A stretch of 64,000 nucleotides of DNA from Harriotta raleighana. Lineage: Eukaryota. The position numbers and the translations under genes are program-made. This document shows, piece after piece, positions 12,400 through 25,875 of this stretch. The first letter of the stretch is position 1. Every line of letters begins with the position of its first letter. The stretch lies in assembly GCA_050575255.1 (NCBI GenBank), contig JBNZDD010013721.1:7749671-7813670 (forward strand), in the 5' to 3' direction. Below the pieces are notes generated by a model that was not told where the DNA came from, did no database searches, and saw only the letters and a list, made by a program, of their open reading frames with translations.

Positions 12400-12810
12400 A
12401 TAATAATAGTAATCCTTGCAATTGATATGGAGCCTTAGTATGTCCTTGAAACATCTCAAAGCTCTTCACAGGATTTTACCGTGAAGCGAAGTGACCGTAT
12501 ATTTGTAAGTGAACAGAGCAGCCAATTTGCAAAGACACTTTACAGGAAACCCTGTGAGACGCTTTGAGACAACCTCCCAAAGTGAAAGATTTAATATTGA
12601 AATACAAGCACTGAAGGTATAGTGTGTCCCATAAAGAGCCATAAATCGAATGACCAATTTTATCTGGAGGGTTGTTGGCCTGGGCACCCGGAGAAACTCC
12701 CTTCTCTTTCACTGGGATCATTAACATCCACCTGAACAGGCAGATCGGTCCGTAGTTTAACATCTCATCTGAAGGTCGCCACCTCCAACCAAGCATCGCT
12801 CAAATGCAGT
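12400..12810 (-). mobile_element. Deu-domain SINE (SacSINE1/AmnSINE1-like core) with rearranged L2-type tail
   Basis: taatccttgca tail; ggagaaactcccttctct..gggatcattaacatccacctgaacaggcagat..gtttaacatctcatctgaagg core. Confidence 0.85.
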
Positions 12811-14002
12811 AAAGGTCGCTTGGCATTCTTGTTAACAAAAGGGAGAAAAATCTTGTTCCATCCCTTGCACTGACACTCTCACCTTGATGAGCACAGATTA
12901 ATCAAAAAAATTAAATAGTTGAAATGTGCATGTACGTGAATATATATTTAACCTTAGACTGCTATTGTGGCGCTGAAATAAATATTAATATTATCGTAAT
13001 AAAGCTATTGCAATATCAAACGGTTCTCCAAGGTTAAACACTTTAATTCTGCTGCCCTGTTACAGTAATAGTTATTCCAATAGCCTATATTAGAGTAGTT
13101 TTATTACTGTAATAGCTACTAGAACTATAATATTCACTTAAAGCACATTAATATTCACTTAAAGCACATTTTAATTAAAATAAGAAATTTTAAACACTTT
13201 AATTCTGCTTGCCCTGTCATTCCTAATTTTCCCATTTCTCTCTTTCTCTCCATCTTCCCTATTGTTATTTTATTAATTTTTTTTCTCGACTGAAACTAAG
13301 CTAGTTACTGTCTCACAACTCACCTCCTCCATGAAAAATATATTTTTTAAAACGTTATTCAGGGTTTACATCGGATGCGAAAGCGAGTTTTAAAAGGAGG
13401 GTTTTTCACTGGCACTAGCAATTCAATAGCCTGAATAAAAAACCCTTTTATTTGATATGGCATCCTTGAAACATCTCCTAGCACTTCACAGGATTTACCA
13501 TAAAGCATAGATACTGGTATAAAAATTATCTAAGGAGGATAAAGGGCTGGCCAACAAGATATTGTCTCTTTAAGACATGACTGCATATTATGGTATTATC
13601 AACACTAGATAATGCTTGACAGGTCTCAATGGCAAAGCTTATTTGGTGTTAGGTGATTAGAATCCAAGAGTTCTCCCAAAACACACTATTGGAGCCCCAA
13701 GCCTTGGCTCTTGCAGCCTGTGCCTAACACTCTCCGGGATTAAGTAAGCAGGATGCATCCCTCTAGGGATAGAGTGCATTCCATTCCAATACATTGGAAT
13801 TTTCATGGGCAGTTGGGATACATGTAACTCTCAGGTTGGTTTGGATACTTGTAAGCATGAAAATGGGTGTGTCCGCCTGTGTCAGACAGCCTCCCGATCA
13901 ATAAAAGTTATTATCTACACATTACATACACATATCTACAAATAATCGAGCAGTGGGAGTAAGATGAGTGAAATCTCGTGATCCATGGGTGATTCGATGA
14001 TG

Positions 14003-14363
14003 TATTCCTTGCATTAGATATGGTACCTTAGCACGTCTTCAAGATGTCTCAAAGCGCTTCACAGAATTTACTGTGTAGTGAATTGACTAGCTTTTTTTAT
14101 GGGCAAAACACGGCAGTCAATTGTGCACAGCAGAAGTGGTTTGAGCAACCAAATTACTGTATTATTATTGTTTTTTGAAAGGAATTATTACCCCCCACAA
14201 AAGCGATCCGCCAATCGACTAACAACCAGGTGTGTACTTACTGCTCAGTAAACCGAGGCATGTGGAGTAAGGAAACTTGCCCAAAGTTTCACCATGGCTG
14301 GGAATTTGACCCAGGTCTCTTGTTTTCAAGGCGAGTGCTCTATCCACTGAACTACAGGACTCC
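14003..14363 (-). mobile_element. Full-length tRNA-derived SINE (long subfamily)
   Basis: Tail at ~14003; head ends ...ccactgaactacaggactcc; carries the gatccgccaatcgactaacaacc..cttactgct..gtaaac module. Confidence 0.9.
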
Positions 14364-15957
14364 ATCACATATTAATGTACTTTGCATTTGATACATCAGT
14401 CTGACTCCTGGTAGTTCATAGGGACTATCTGAAACAGCCTTACTTCAGATAGTCCAGTAGGGGGAATGGTACACTACCTGAGGTTAATAGTGTCCTGGCA
14501 CATCCATGGATGGTAACTCATATTGAAGATGTACATTGTGGTGGGATTCCACTTCGCCAAAGCCCTGAATGGTGAAGAAAGTCCAAGTTTTTACCATCGA
14601 GTCCAGTCATTCATTATCCCTCTTCCACAATCAACTCAATAATGTGAGGTACATGTTCAGCAATTGCAGAATCCAGACTTCGCTGCTGAAAGCATTGCTG
14701 GCTGAGAATAGCTGATTGGTAGGTTACCACTGTGTCAAATTCATTCCAAGCAGCACTCATTAAACCAGACACTGACTAAATTTATGTAAACAGATGACTG
14801 CACAGGAGTTATGCAACAATGTATAGCTTCGGGGAATGAAATCATACATAAAATACGTAGAAATTCCAATGGTGCAAAAATGAACACCCAATAGGATTTT
14901 TTTTGAATTGGAAAGAAAGAAGTCAAGATATTTTCTCCTGTTTATCATCAATATCTCATCTGGTAATTATTAATATACTGCAGCATTTTTTTCAACAGAG
15001 TAGGTAAAAAAAAATGTGGAAGATTATGCTGTAAATTTAATCCAACCAGAATTATTTTTATTTACAATCCTTTGGCGAATGTAATCTCATTCTTTCACCC
15101 TTCACTCTTTCGCCCCCCTTCCCCCCCACCCCCCACTGCTTCTCTCTTCCTCCTGCTTACTCTCTCTCTCTCTCTCTCTACCCACTCACTGTCATCTGTG
15201 ATCCAGCTTGGTTTTAATGGTATAATTTCAGAGCAATTGGCACTTTCCAAATTGTGAACTTTTGCTGATAGAGTAACTGCATGACTGTGTGTACAAAATA
15301 ATAACTGCGCTAAATGCAATAGCAAATTTACATTAAGGAAAATGCTGTCAAACACCATCCTGTTGAAGGGTCACCACCCAAATGAAGCGTTAATCTGTCA
15401 ATCTTTGTAACCTTCTTATTGACCTGCTTTGCATTCCCAGCATTGTGGTTTCATTTCATATCTCAACCCTTTTTTATTTTCTTTCTCGTTTACAGTTGGT
15501 TAGTATAGGACTTATACCCAGAGGTTGTTTTGCCATGTCCTTTGATGGCTTCCCATCGTGCTCTTTTGCCTCTGTTCAGATCCTCACTTCTGCTCAAGGT
15601 CATTCTCAATCTGCTGATCGCTCTCTTTCTTCACTGCTGCTGCACAATACACCCATGAGTTCGAATAATGCTGCCTCTTTCATTTTTATTCATTATATTT
15701 TCTATTGTGCCTTCATTTGGTATCAGTTTGGTTCTCTTTCTTTCCTGATGTTTTCGCTATTTTTTTCTAAAACCAATATTCTCTTTGTCTTTGCTCTCAT
15801 TTTTCTTCTGAATTCATTTTCACCTGTTGCTTCTTTTCCACTTAGTTTCTGTTTTTTTCATTAATTCTCTTGTTTTCTACCTACAGTACTCCATTATCGG
15901 GGTCAAATTTCTCTACTTTCCTCAGCTCAGATGACTGAGAAAGTGCCTTTGTTGGTC

Positions 15958-16240
15958 ATCCTGTAGCATGGTGGTTAGAGCGCTCGCTTCGAATGCAAGA
16001 GGTCCCAAGTTTGATTCTTGGAAAGGGCAAAACCTTAGGCAAGATTTCTTACTCCACATGCCTGTTTACCTAGCATTCAGTGGGAACACAGTTGTTAGGT
16101 GATTAGCGGATCATTTTTCCATGGATAGTAATCGTTTGAAAAAAAATGTTTGGCCACTCAATCCATGCCTGTTTGTGGGACACACCTGAGCGCAATTGGC
16201 TGCCACGTTTCGCCCACAAAATTTACACAGTCACTACACA
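15958..16240 (+). mobile_element. tRNA-derived SINE (long subfamily), 3'-truncated
   Basis: ctgtagcatggtggttagagcgctcgc (A box), gtttgattc (B box), body gcaattggctgccacgtttcgcccacaaa. Confidence 0.9.
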
Positions 16241-16590
16241 ATAATAATCTTTGCATTTGATATATTGCTTTTCACGTCTTCTAGACGTCTCAAAGCTCTT
16301 CACAGAATATACTGTAAAGTGAATTAACTGCATATATGTGGGCGAACCACGGTAGCCAATTGCACAAGAGGTGTCCCACAAACAGCCATGGATTAAAACG
16401 ACCAATTTATTTAATTTGTTTTAGAGAGTATTATCAGGCATGTGGAATAAGGAAACGTGCATCAGGAGAAACTCCCTTCTTTTTCCAATTAGGGCCTTGG
16501 GCTCTTTCGCATCCACCTGAACAGGAAGATAGGATCTTAGTTTAACATCTCGTCCAAAGGACGGTATCTCCAACAATTCAGCACCCGGAG
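16241..16590 (-). mobile_element. SINE in opposite orientation, apparently chimeric
   Basis: ataataatctttgcatttgata tail; body switches after gcatgtggaataaggaaac into the ggagaaactcccttc..catccacctgaacagg core. Confidence 0.85.
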
Positions 16591-17584
16591 TTTATGAGTT
16601 TTAAGTCCTGATGTGTTCTTGCACCTACAGTCTCTTTACTCAACAACAACATAACAACATTATGTTTGTATAGCACCTTTCATTCAGAGGGAAGATTGTG
16701 GCCAACAAAGCCAGCCTCACCCACAAAATAAAAATGACAATGACTTCAGTGAATGGAAGTCAAGAACTTAACCATGGCTGCGCTTGCCACGTTTTGAGTT
16801 TTAGAAACATAGAATTCTACAGCACAGAAGGAGACGATTTGACCAAACAAACTGCGCTGGCCCACAGAGCAATGATATTGTTTCAATGCCACCGCCCACC
16901 TTGTACCCATATCCTACAACCCTCCCCAATTTCTCTTAAAAGTTACGGTGTGCTCTGCCTCAACCACTCAGTGCTGCTTTATTCTACGCCTGGTTTAATG
17001 GTGTAATAATTCCCTACTAGTTTAAAGCTGTATTATGTTAAACTGATTAAACAATACAATTTATTTCAAGTGGTCAGCTGATGACTCAGCTGAAGTGAAC
17101 ACGTTGCATTTGTATTAGTGTTTTTTATCCCTGGACTGTAGGGCATTTATGAAATAATAAATCAGTGACCTAGATTTGAGCTTTTTGGAAATGTGATGAG
17201 AAGTGATAACAAATGCTGTCAAAATGGATGCCAGGTTACCAAAACAGCAGCAAGCGGGGGATTTTTGTAAATGTGCCATTGGCGAGAAGGAACACGGAAG
17301 CATGTGGAACGCTAAATGATTTGGAGATGGATATGACTGCACACGTGTGGCTCTTGTGTGAAGCAATAGACCAAAAGCCACTTTGGTCATGGTTCCCGTC
17401 TGCCTGTTTGGATGGACATAAAAGTTCCCACCATTCAGAAAGAGAAGGAAGTTTCTCTTGGTGTCCTGGTCAAGAAATCCGCCGGATACAATTGGTGACA
17501 CACTCCAAGGCTGTTTGTGGGACTTTGCTGTGCACACAGTAGCTGTTGTGTTTCACCCTCAGAATGCACCAAGATGTGATAAAA

Positions 17585-17869
17585 GACATAAAATCAAACG
17601 CATGGATTACTATTATTTTTACTGTACTTTGTTTAAAGTGAGAGGGACTTGAGTGCTGAGGCTATGGCTCATCTGACTGACTGTAATAACAATACAATAA
17701 TCCTTGCATTTGATGTAGCGCTTTTCNGACATAAAATCAAACGCATGGATTATTATTATTATTACTGTATTTTGTTTAAAGTGAGAGGGACTTGAGTGCT
17801 GAGGCTATGGCTCATCTGGCTGACTGTAATAACAATACAATAATCCTTGCATTTGATGTAGCGCTTTTC
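17585..17869. other. Assembly artefact: ~142-bp duplicate around N at 17727
   Basis: gacataaaatcaaacgcatgg...gcgcttttc repeated immediately after the N with a few substitutions. Confidence 0.9.
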
Positions 17870-18143
17870 ACATCTTTGAGACGTCTCAAAGTGCTTTGCA
17901 GAATATATTGTAAAGTGAACGGATTGTCCCGCAGACAATCGTAGATTGAATGAGCAATTTTTTTTTTGAAACAATTATTACCCCTAGCAAAGCAATCCGC
18001 CATTTAACTAACAACAGAGTTCCTACTTACCGCTGCGTAAACAGAGGAGCAGGGAGTAAAGAAAGGTTTTGCCTTGACGTGAATCGAACCCAGGTCTTTC
18101 GGTTGCAAGGCAAATGCTCTTACCACTGACCTACAGGATTCCT
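17840..18143 (-). mobile_element. tRNA-derived SINE (long subfamily, internal deletion)
   Basis: Tail taatccttgcatttg; gaatcgaacccagg (antisense B box); ends accactgacctacaggattcc. Confidence 0.9.
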
Positions 18144-19125
18144 TTCCAGACATCCTATGGCCGTGACCTGACTTGAGAGAGACACTGTACATGAGATTGG
18201 CATCTGTGTGGAATTCCAGACCAGTGCATATTAGACTCCATAGTTTTTCCTCTTCTTCAATATCAGAAACAGTCAAAGCAAAGATAATCACACAGGCTGC
18301 CTTCTACTCTGATTGCTTATATTACCTTTTAACTAACACAAGTTTGAACCTTGTGTTGCATTTATTCTGTGACAGGACTATGCGGTGTATCAACTCAGCG
18401 AATGGGTGTATCAACGCTGTGAAACGCCGCAAGCTTTACCCCGTGTTACTTTAAAAATCTATTTCCAGCTTTTCCATGCCCGAGAGCATCTCTAAATTCC
18501 CCCCTTAAGCTGGGAAATTGCGATGCTTTTGAGTTAGCATTGCTTTCAGTGTCACTCAGTGCGAGCTGACAGGAGATAAGTGGGAGAGGTCTCGCTGGCA
18601 AATTTTCCAGTGGAGATGGTGATGGTGAAAGCCGCTATCAATGAGCCCTGCATCTCAGTGTCACAGAGCAGGAGTCGCAAAAATCATCCGGTGAGGCTGC
18701 CTGAATTTGAATGGTAATTTGAACCCTCGTGACAGTGTTTTACTGCAGCCACTACATGGGTTCCATTAAGCTCGAAATTTGAACTATAATATAGATATAA
18801 TATGGACAGAATTTTATGCACATATTTTTGAATAAAAAATGCCTTGCAATTGTCCTCTTTCGATGTCAGACCTTGTATTATCATAAACCTGTAATTTTCA
18901 TCATCCAGCATCCTTCAACTATTCCTTTCACTGTCACTGTCCACTCCTATAGTCTGCTCATTACAGCAATCAATTCATACACTACATCACATTAAATCCA
19001 TCAAACCTTGTCACAATAAGTGTGTTATCTATAATATTTTATAAAACACTAGATTGTAAGGGATGCATTATGAAGCCATGCATTATCCCTCATTGGTTTA
19101 AGTGCAGTGAGCAGCCCTAAACCAA

Positions 19126-19434
19126 CTCCTGCAGCTCAGTGGTTACACTCGCCTCGCAAGCGAGAGGACCTGGGTTTGGTTCCTGGGGAGGGCGAAACCT
19201 TAAGCAAGCTTCATTATTCCATGATTGTTATTATTATGACAAATAAATAAATAAAACGATAATAATTTGGTCACTCAATCCATGACTGTTTGCGAGACAC
19301 CGATGCGTGCAAATGGCTGCCGTGTTTCGCCCACAAAATATACAGTTAATTCATTTTACAGTATAGTCTGTGAAGCCCTTTGAGACGCCTCAAAGACATG
19401 ATCGGGTGCTTTATCAAATGCAAGGATTATTATT
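19126..19434 (+). mobile_element. Full-length tRNA(Ala-like)-derived SINE (short subfamily)
   Basis: gcagctcagtggtt A box, ctcgc-ctcgcaa-gcgag stem-loop, gggtttggttcc B box, tail aaatgcaaggattattatt. Confidence 0.92.
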
Positions 19435-19879
19435 GCATGAAGTAAATCACTGAGATGAAGCAAGATGTGGTGGGGGGAACAGAAAGAAACCTCTCAGGAT
19501 GATTCAGTACTAGGTCACATGGAACGGTTGATAGGAGACAAGACTGACTCGGTTGGTATGAGACATTTTTGGAATGCCATATATTCCCCTTCCTTCTTAC
19601 TTATTTGTCAAGTATTCTTTGCGTTTCAAAATTCATCACAGGTTATTCAATTCGCTGGTGCCATGAATCAGGTAGGCAACTTTGAGTGTGGAGAATCTTT
19701 TACAATAAAACAACATGACACCACCTAAGTTAAATATGAACACTTTCTGGACAAAAGCCACATTTTATAACCTGACCACTCCACTGAGAGTTTCTAGCCT
19801 GGCTTGGAAAAATGAGAGTCTTCTCTACTTGATTTGTAAAGCAAATAAACACTAGGCAGTGAAACATTAAACATTTATA

Positions 19880-20215
19880 TCCTTAATGATATGAAGACAG
19901 TAGGACCTGATAGAAATAGTTAATTTTCTGAAAGGTTTTGATAAGATGTCACGTTAATAGGTTATTTATGCTTATGGTGAGTCCAGGAGATACAAACATG
20001 ATAGGCAGTCACAGAGGGTGGTGAGAATATGGAACACGCTGATGATGGCTGTGATTAAAGCAATAAGCATCAGCCTGTTTAAGAGGATATATACATGAAA
20101 GGGAAGGAAAACAAGAGATGTAGGAGAGGGGAATGGGATAGAGATAGAGGCTTGCGTGAACTACCACATGCTAGATGGTCTGAATGGCCATATTCTGTGC
20201 TGTATAATTGTATGT
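19880..20215 (+). mobile_element. CR1 LINE 3' end
   Basis: gacctgatagaa..tgaaaggttttgataag..cagagggtggtgagaatatggaac..gatggtctgaatggcc..ttctgtgctgta. Confidence 0.8.
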
Positions 20216-20232
20216 AGATCCGTTGTTTATGT

Positions 20233-20545
20233 AATAACAATAATCCTTGCATTTGATATTGTGCTTTTCTCGTCTCCTAGACATCTCAAAGCACTTCACA
20301 GAAGATACCATAAAGTGAATTGACTGTATATTTGTGGGCAACGCAGCAGCGAATTGCGTATGGCGGTGTCCCCCATAAAACAGTTGTGGACTGAGTGACC
20401 AAATTATTATGGTGGTTTTTTTGAGGGATTATTGTCAGGCGTGTGGAGTAAGGAAACTTGCCCAAGAAATCCATGAGTTATTGTTTCTCATTAAACAATA
20501 ACATCTTGCCTGGAATCGAACCCAGGTCTCCCGATTGTGAGGTAT
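20233..20545 (-). mobile_element. tRNA-derived SINE
   Basis: Tail taatccttgcatttgata; gtgtggagtaaggaaacttgcccaag; ggaatcgaacccagg. Confidence 0.9.
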
Positions 20546-22583
20546 ATCTTACAATATCCCTTGGAACTTCCCCAGAACACGAAAGGTGCTGTATAAATGT
20601 GCGTTTGTTGTAGTTGTATGTAATTTCATTTTGTAAGTCATTTCTGATCATTTTCCATCTAATCATTCCTTTTGCTTTCTCGCTGAGCTGCAATGGTGAT
20701 CAGACTATTGCAAGCTCCTTAGCACCATTCAGATTAGTTTAGAATCATTCAGATTAGTGTCGAATCAGAGATGTGTGTTCAGTCTCCTAAAACAAATGCA
20801 ACTCTCTCAGATGGCTGGTCAGTCAGTTTGTTCTGCGTGGAAGCAGAGTGGCAGAGCTGCTTGCTTTTTCACTTGTAACAATGTGTTTTTCAAAACTGAC
20901 AAACAGAGGGATTTCATTGCACACCTTATACAGTACTTGAATAGAATCCAGATGAAATGTGTGTGTGTGTAGGTGTGTGGGGTAGGAGGAATAATGCATA
21001 GTACTGCTGCGTTTCAAAATCGAAGCTTTTTCAGACTTAGCAATTACAAACATTTTGTTAAAATCTGTTCAGTTAAATATATGTAAAATTCTGACTGCAG
21101 AAAATCAACAGCTAAGTACATTTTAACAATTCTATATCTCATATCTTTTTTTCAGATTCCCAGCATTTGCAGTATTTTGTGTTTTGTTCTCTATCTTGTC
21201 TGCTAACAATGCTACACACAGAATAACAATTTGTTAAGTGTAAGACCCTAGATTCATAGTGTGAGATAACAGATTTAATATTCACCAAATAATCATAGCT
21301 TTAACTTGGTTTGATTTTCTACAGCATTGCCTGGGTCGCATAAGTTACTGACAACAGAAATCAAGATAAACCGAAATGTAATGTACTGAAAGGAGTGAAG
21401 AGAGTACAAATATATTAATAGTACATTAATAGTGAGTCAATATTTGGTTATCTTAATTACTTATGTTATGTTCCTTATGACTAATACAAGATTCTGCCTT
21501 TTGATATAATGCAGAACTGGTTCAGCATTATTAAATCCAGATTTCATGGTATTAGGACCAAGCGAATATAAATACGTTTCTATCAATCATTTATGCTTGT
21601 TTTTATGATGATACTTTATTAGAGGAAATTGTGGTATTTATATGAAATCAACAAAACTGCCATATATCTGTCCAAATGTCTGCAGAGGGATAAAAGCCAG
21701 GCATCTTCTGTAGACCCGCAGTTTGAGACCCTCTGCGTGAGACTGAATGAGTTGTAAAGCTGTGGGGTGCCTAAAAACAGGATATCAACTCATATAATGT
21801 TCAATGCAGCACAAATATAGGTATGTGAAAAACACTATGTCGTTTTATGACGGAAGCCATTTGAATTCCTCGCATGCTATGACATTTTGCATCTCTGTTT
21901 TGCCATAATCATCGAAGAGTTAATCCACTTTACACAAAGATTCTGTTTTCAGAAACAATAACTCATATACTTCAACCGTGGTAATATCATATTCGCATTT
22001 CATGTTTTTATTGCTGCCATTACATTTAAACAACGCACTGTTAATTCTGTTAATTAAAAAGCTGATTGCTTTCGCCAGCCTGTGATCTCCATTTGGTGAG
22101 ACCATATGTTGAAAGATTATCTGTGTAAACCTCTAGAGTCAATTCAATGATGTATAAGTGTCGCACTGGAACTGTAAGGTGAAGAGCAAGCACTAAAAGT
22201 AAAACAACTTTTATATTTGAAGGTCTTTTATTTCACATTCTTTGTGCAAATTTGAAATACTTAGGAAGGTAATTATACATATAATAAACCTTTGATTACT
22301 TGATTACATATTTGGGGTAGAAGATCTAATTGATAACTCATTTGATTTGCTGAAATTGATAAAATGGCCCTTAATTTCATAGTTCCAAAAGTACTGTGAT
22401 TCATATAGTTTTACAGACTCAGTACTGTAACTGCAAGAGAATTCTAGACTCCAGACTAACAGGCTGGAATGGGAATCCAGGTTTTGACTGACATTATATT
22501 TGACATCCTCCAGACTTGAGCCTTAAGAGTCTTGAACTGCAAGGTAAGCTGTCCATGGGACTTCTTGCTCTGTGCCCACGTAC

Positions 22584-22613
22584 TTCTTGGTATTTGATAA
22601 GTAGAGTCCCTTA
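22584..22613 (-). CDS. Candidate 30-nt exon (phase 2->2, KGLYLSNTK)
   Basis: gtgctctctgtttatag| acceptor, GAA|gtacgt donor. Confidence 0.2.
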
Positions 22614-23699
22614 CTATAAACAGAGAGCACACACTCCAACGTGTGTAATCCACTCTCAAGAATTTGTCTTGGATACATTTAAACACAATGATAGGTTTCT
22701 GTGTGTGTCAAATACCCAGCTCACCAAAAAACAAACCTCTTGACATGAGCATTGATAACAACAATTGGGACATCAAAGGAATGCAAGGGCTCTCTTCGCT
22801 GCATTGAATTGCAGGATTCAGCATTCCCAGTCTAGATAAACTAAAGTTAAATGCTGCTCAAAATCTCCCCCAGTGTCCTGATCGATCCCCCATTGTGTAT
22901 CTTTCTACTGTCCTGATAGGCATTTCCTCTGACATATTGTGTTTCAGCTCTCCCAGCCGCCGCGTATATGTAAATGCAAGTTGCTGTTGTTGACATTAGT
23001 GTAAAACCTTACTCACAAAACATAGTGGGAGAATCTCCATTATAAGGACTTCTATGTTTTTCTCCCCGAAAAGGGTTGAAAAATGTGATATCACATGTTA
23101 TCACATTGCTTGTGTCGTTTGATTTAACAACAACAACAACAACTTGCACTAATGCCACACCCTCCGCCCAGGGTTAGCATCTCAGAGCAGTTGTTGTTCG
23201 ATCATGGGAAATTTTTCAAGAATTGCAGGTTTGAAAGGACAGTCAAAGTAAATCAGTCGACACCAATGGTATGAGATGCATTTTAATAACATATACAACA
23301 AAATTACACTTGTATAGCACTTTTCAAGTAAATACAGCCTATAGATAACGGCAGAGAATGATCTCACGCAAGTACCTTCAGAGGGCTGCTAAACCTACAA
23401 AATGGACGGTTAGATCATCTTTGTGACTAAATAACCGAAGGATTTCATTCATTGATGTTTGCGTGACGCAAATGATTGCTTTTTAAGAAAGGCAACCGTA
23501 GTGAGTCCGGTTAGAAAACAGCTGAATAGCGTTCAGACCTGGAGCAGAAAGAAACAACTGCTAAAGCTGTTATTCCCAGAGAAACAGGATGGGTTTCAAC
23601 CATGTTGTCGCACGTCAGTCCTGGTGGGAGAAGCGGTGATAGGAAACGATGACTCTTATTGATGCGGTGCCTACCAGAGTACTGGGGAAATTCATCACT

Positions 23700-24455
23700 T
23701 TGGGGGACATATCATGGCATTAGTGAGTAGAATTGGGCAACAAGCCAGGGATTTAGCAATCACTGAGGGAAGGGTGCATTAATCCAAGGTTGTAAAGAGG
23801 AACTTGAACCACGGGAAGGAGAATAGAAAGTGCATTAATGGAATGTAAGAATAAAGTTTAGTTGCAACAGAATGCCTCCTTGTCTTTGGTTTCTCTATTG
23901 TCATGTCTTTGGGGAGTTAGGTAGCTATTCAAATTATTAAGGATTATTATGGCAGCAGTGATGGAGTTGAGAGCTCTTCAAGTGGAGCTAATGATAACCC
24001 TGAAGTCATGTCCCTCAAAATAGAACAAATTAAACCAACAGCCAAGTTTAATGAGCAATAGATTGACAAGCTTGAGGAAAGAATATCTTAGCAATGAGTA
24101 GGCTATCGAGCTTTAAGGAAATCTGAGTTATGTACTCAACAAAGATGAAGCCATTCGAAAGAAACTTAATGATCTGACAGCAGAGAAATACTGTGTAGAT
24201 CTTTATTTTTTCTCTCCCTCTCTCTCTCCGGAGGGAATAGAATGATGATATGGTGGGTTTGCTGAAATGTACTGATCACAATCCAGTGACGTGTTTTGGA
24301 AGTGGGAATCAAACAGGCACAGGAATTATGATCCAGTGTTCTACCCTTTATAATCAAATCACTATGCAAAATGCCAGCATAAAATCATGTGGTGTATAAA
24401 TACTGGCAAGAAGTGGTTGGGTCAATTGTCCCATGTCCATGCCATAGAATCCTAT
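23700..24455 (+). mobile_element. Highly degenerate CR1 LINE 3' region
   Basis: Terminal gtggttgggtcaattgtcccatgtccatgccatagaatcctat resembles a CR1 3' UTR; upstream is purine-rich and ORF2-like. Confidence 0.45.
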
Positions 24456-24625
24456 ATAAATCTTTGTAAATTATCACCTTCAGGATACAACAACAACAAC
24501 AACAAAATTACATTTATTGAGCCCCTTTCACGTCAGGAGAACNTATAAATCTTTGTAAATTATCACCTTCAGGATACAACAACAACAAAATTACATTTAT
24601 TGAGCCCCTTTCACGTCAGGAGAAC
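24454..24625. other. Assembly artefact: duplicate around N at 24543, containing an antisense L2 tail
   Basis: tataaatctttgtaaattatcacc..cgtcaggagaac repeated; copies differ in (caa)n length. Confidence 0.9.
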
Positions 24626-24714
24626 AGTGAGAAGGGAGCAAATTGGTGAAACATTCTCATGATTAGTCTAACCACAATAATGTACACTTAGTCATGTCAA
24701 CAATAATAATCACA

Positions 24715-25120
24715 AATAATAATAATAACCCTTGCATTTGATATAACAGCTTTCACATCAGGAGGAAGTCTTAAAGTGCTTCACAGGATGTACAGGATTG
24801 TGAAGCGCTCTGAGACGTCGTCCGGCATGGAGGGCGCTATATAAATCAAAGTTGTGGTTGTACTGTAAAGTGGAGTGACTGTTTATTTTGTAGTTAATTT
24901 GCACACAGAAATATCCCACATACAGTTGGGAAGCGAGTGACCAATTTTATTTGAGGGATTATTGGCCACCAGGAACACTGGGAGAAGCTATCTTATCATT
25001 TCAAATAGTGCCATGGGATCTTTCACATCCATCTGAACAGGCAGACCTGACCTTAGTTTCACATCTCATCTGAAGGAAGGGCAGCTCCATCAATGCAGTA
25101 CCACCCCCAGGACTGAATAG
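24715..25120 (-). mobile_element. Deu-domain SINE with a nested plus-strand L2 tail at ~24799-24860
   Basis: aaatagtgccatgggatctttcacatccatctgaacaggcagac core; insert tgtgaagcgctctgagacg..gggcgctatataaatcaaagttgtggttg. Confidence 0.85.
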
Positions 25121-25875
25121 CACTCAACTTTCAGAGTATAGTATTATATACTACAGTACTGGTGCTCGTTTTATTGTGGAGTTGTGCTTATTTTGTCTTA
25201 GAGCACCAAGTATGCACCATGTGCTGGCTATGCTTATCTTATTTCAACAGCCATTTACAAAGGAGAAAATAAGGTATATTGCAATCATCTGCAACTGATA
25301 GGCCTGCTTTTAAAATCAGCCTGAGTACAGTCATTACCAACAAGCTGATTATAGATGACAAGCAGAATACTGAACGAATTTAAAGTGAAATGTACAATTT
25401 TATATTTATTCTAATGAATGAAGGTAAATTGAGTTAGAGGGGCTCCAGCCCACTTCTCTCCCGACCTCTTTGGAAGTACTGTACTGGCTCATCTGAGGGA
25501 CAAGGGTGATGTTTGTCCTTGAGGACCTTGTCAAATTGACCACTCTTCACGTGTCAGGCTAAGCAGTAATTCAACTGTTGTTTCCAGTTCCTACTGCAGA
25601 GGAGATCAAGTAATTCAGGGTAGATCAGGGATCAAACCTACCACTTGCTCTGTTTTACACTGACACCGAGACACAAGGGGCTTGGTAAAACTAGGAGTAA
25701 CTTATAAAAGATTAATGGACCCCAACCAAAATCATGGGAAATAGTTGGCAATCTTTACAAGGTACCTTTTTATGTCTAACAACGTAACATTAGCCTAAGA
25801 ATTAGTCCCGAATAGTTGCACATAGTGTAGAGTTTAGAGTCAAGCTAAATCTGAAATAGCATTGGCCATTGTTAT

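Noticed and set aside
13030-13210. Short direct repeats (tattcacttaaagcacatt x2; taaacactttaattctgct x2); similar cases near 20726, 31449, 35463 and 48631
   Set aside because: Two or three copies with no unique regularly sized spacers; ordinary slippage duplications, not CRISPR-like arrays
15355-15465. Hammerhead-ribozyme-like or Penelope-end-like motif (ctgttgaagggtcaccacccaaatgaagcg)
   Set aside because: The core deviates from CUGANGA and GAAA and stems I/III could not be formed; at most a decayed relic
15445-15864. 139-aa hydrophobic ORF
   Set aside because: It is a translation of T-rich low-complexity DNA with no domain features; the same applies to most ORFs in the supplied track
19126-19200. 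tRNA-like sequences with A/B boxes and an Ala-like anticodon loop (also ~15960, ~26130-26210, ~27064, ~37345)
   Set aside because: They are SINE heads continuing into SINE body or tail sequence, with no complete acceptor stem, so they are not tRNA genes
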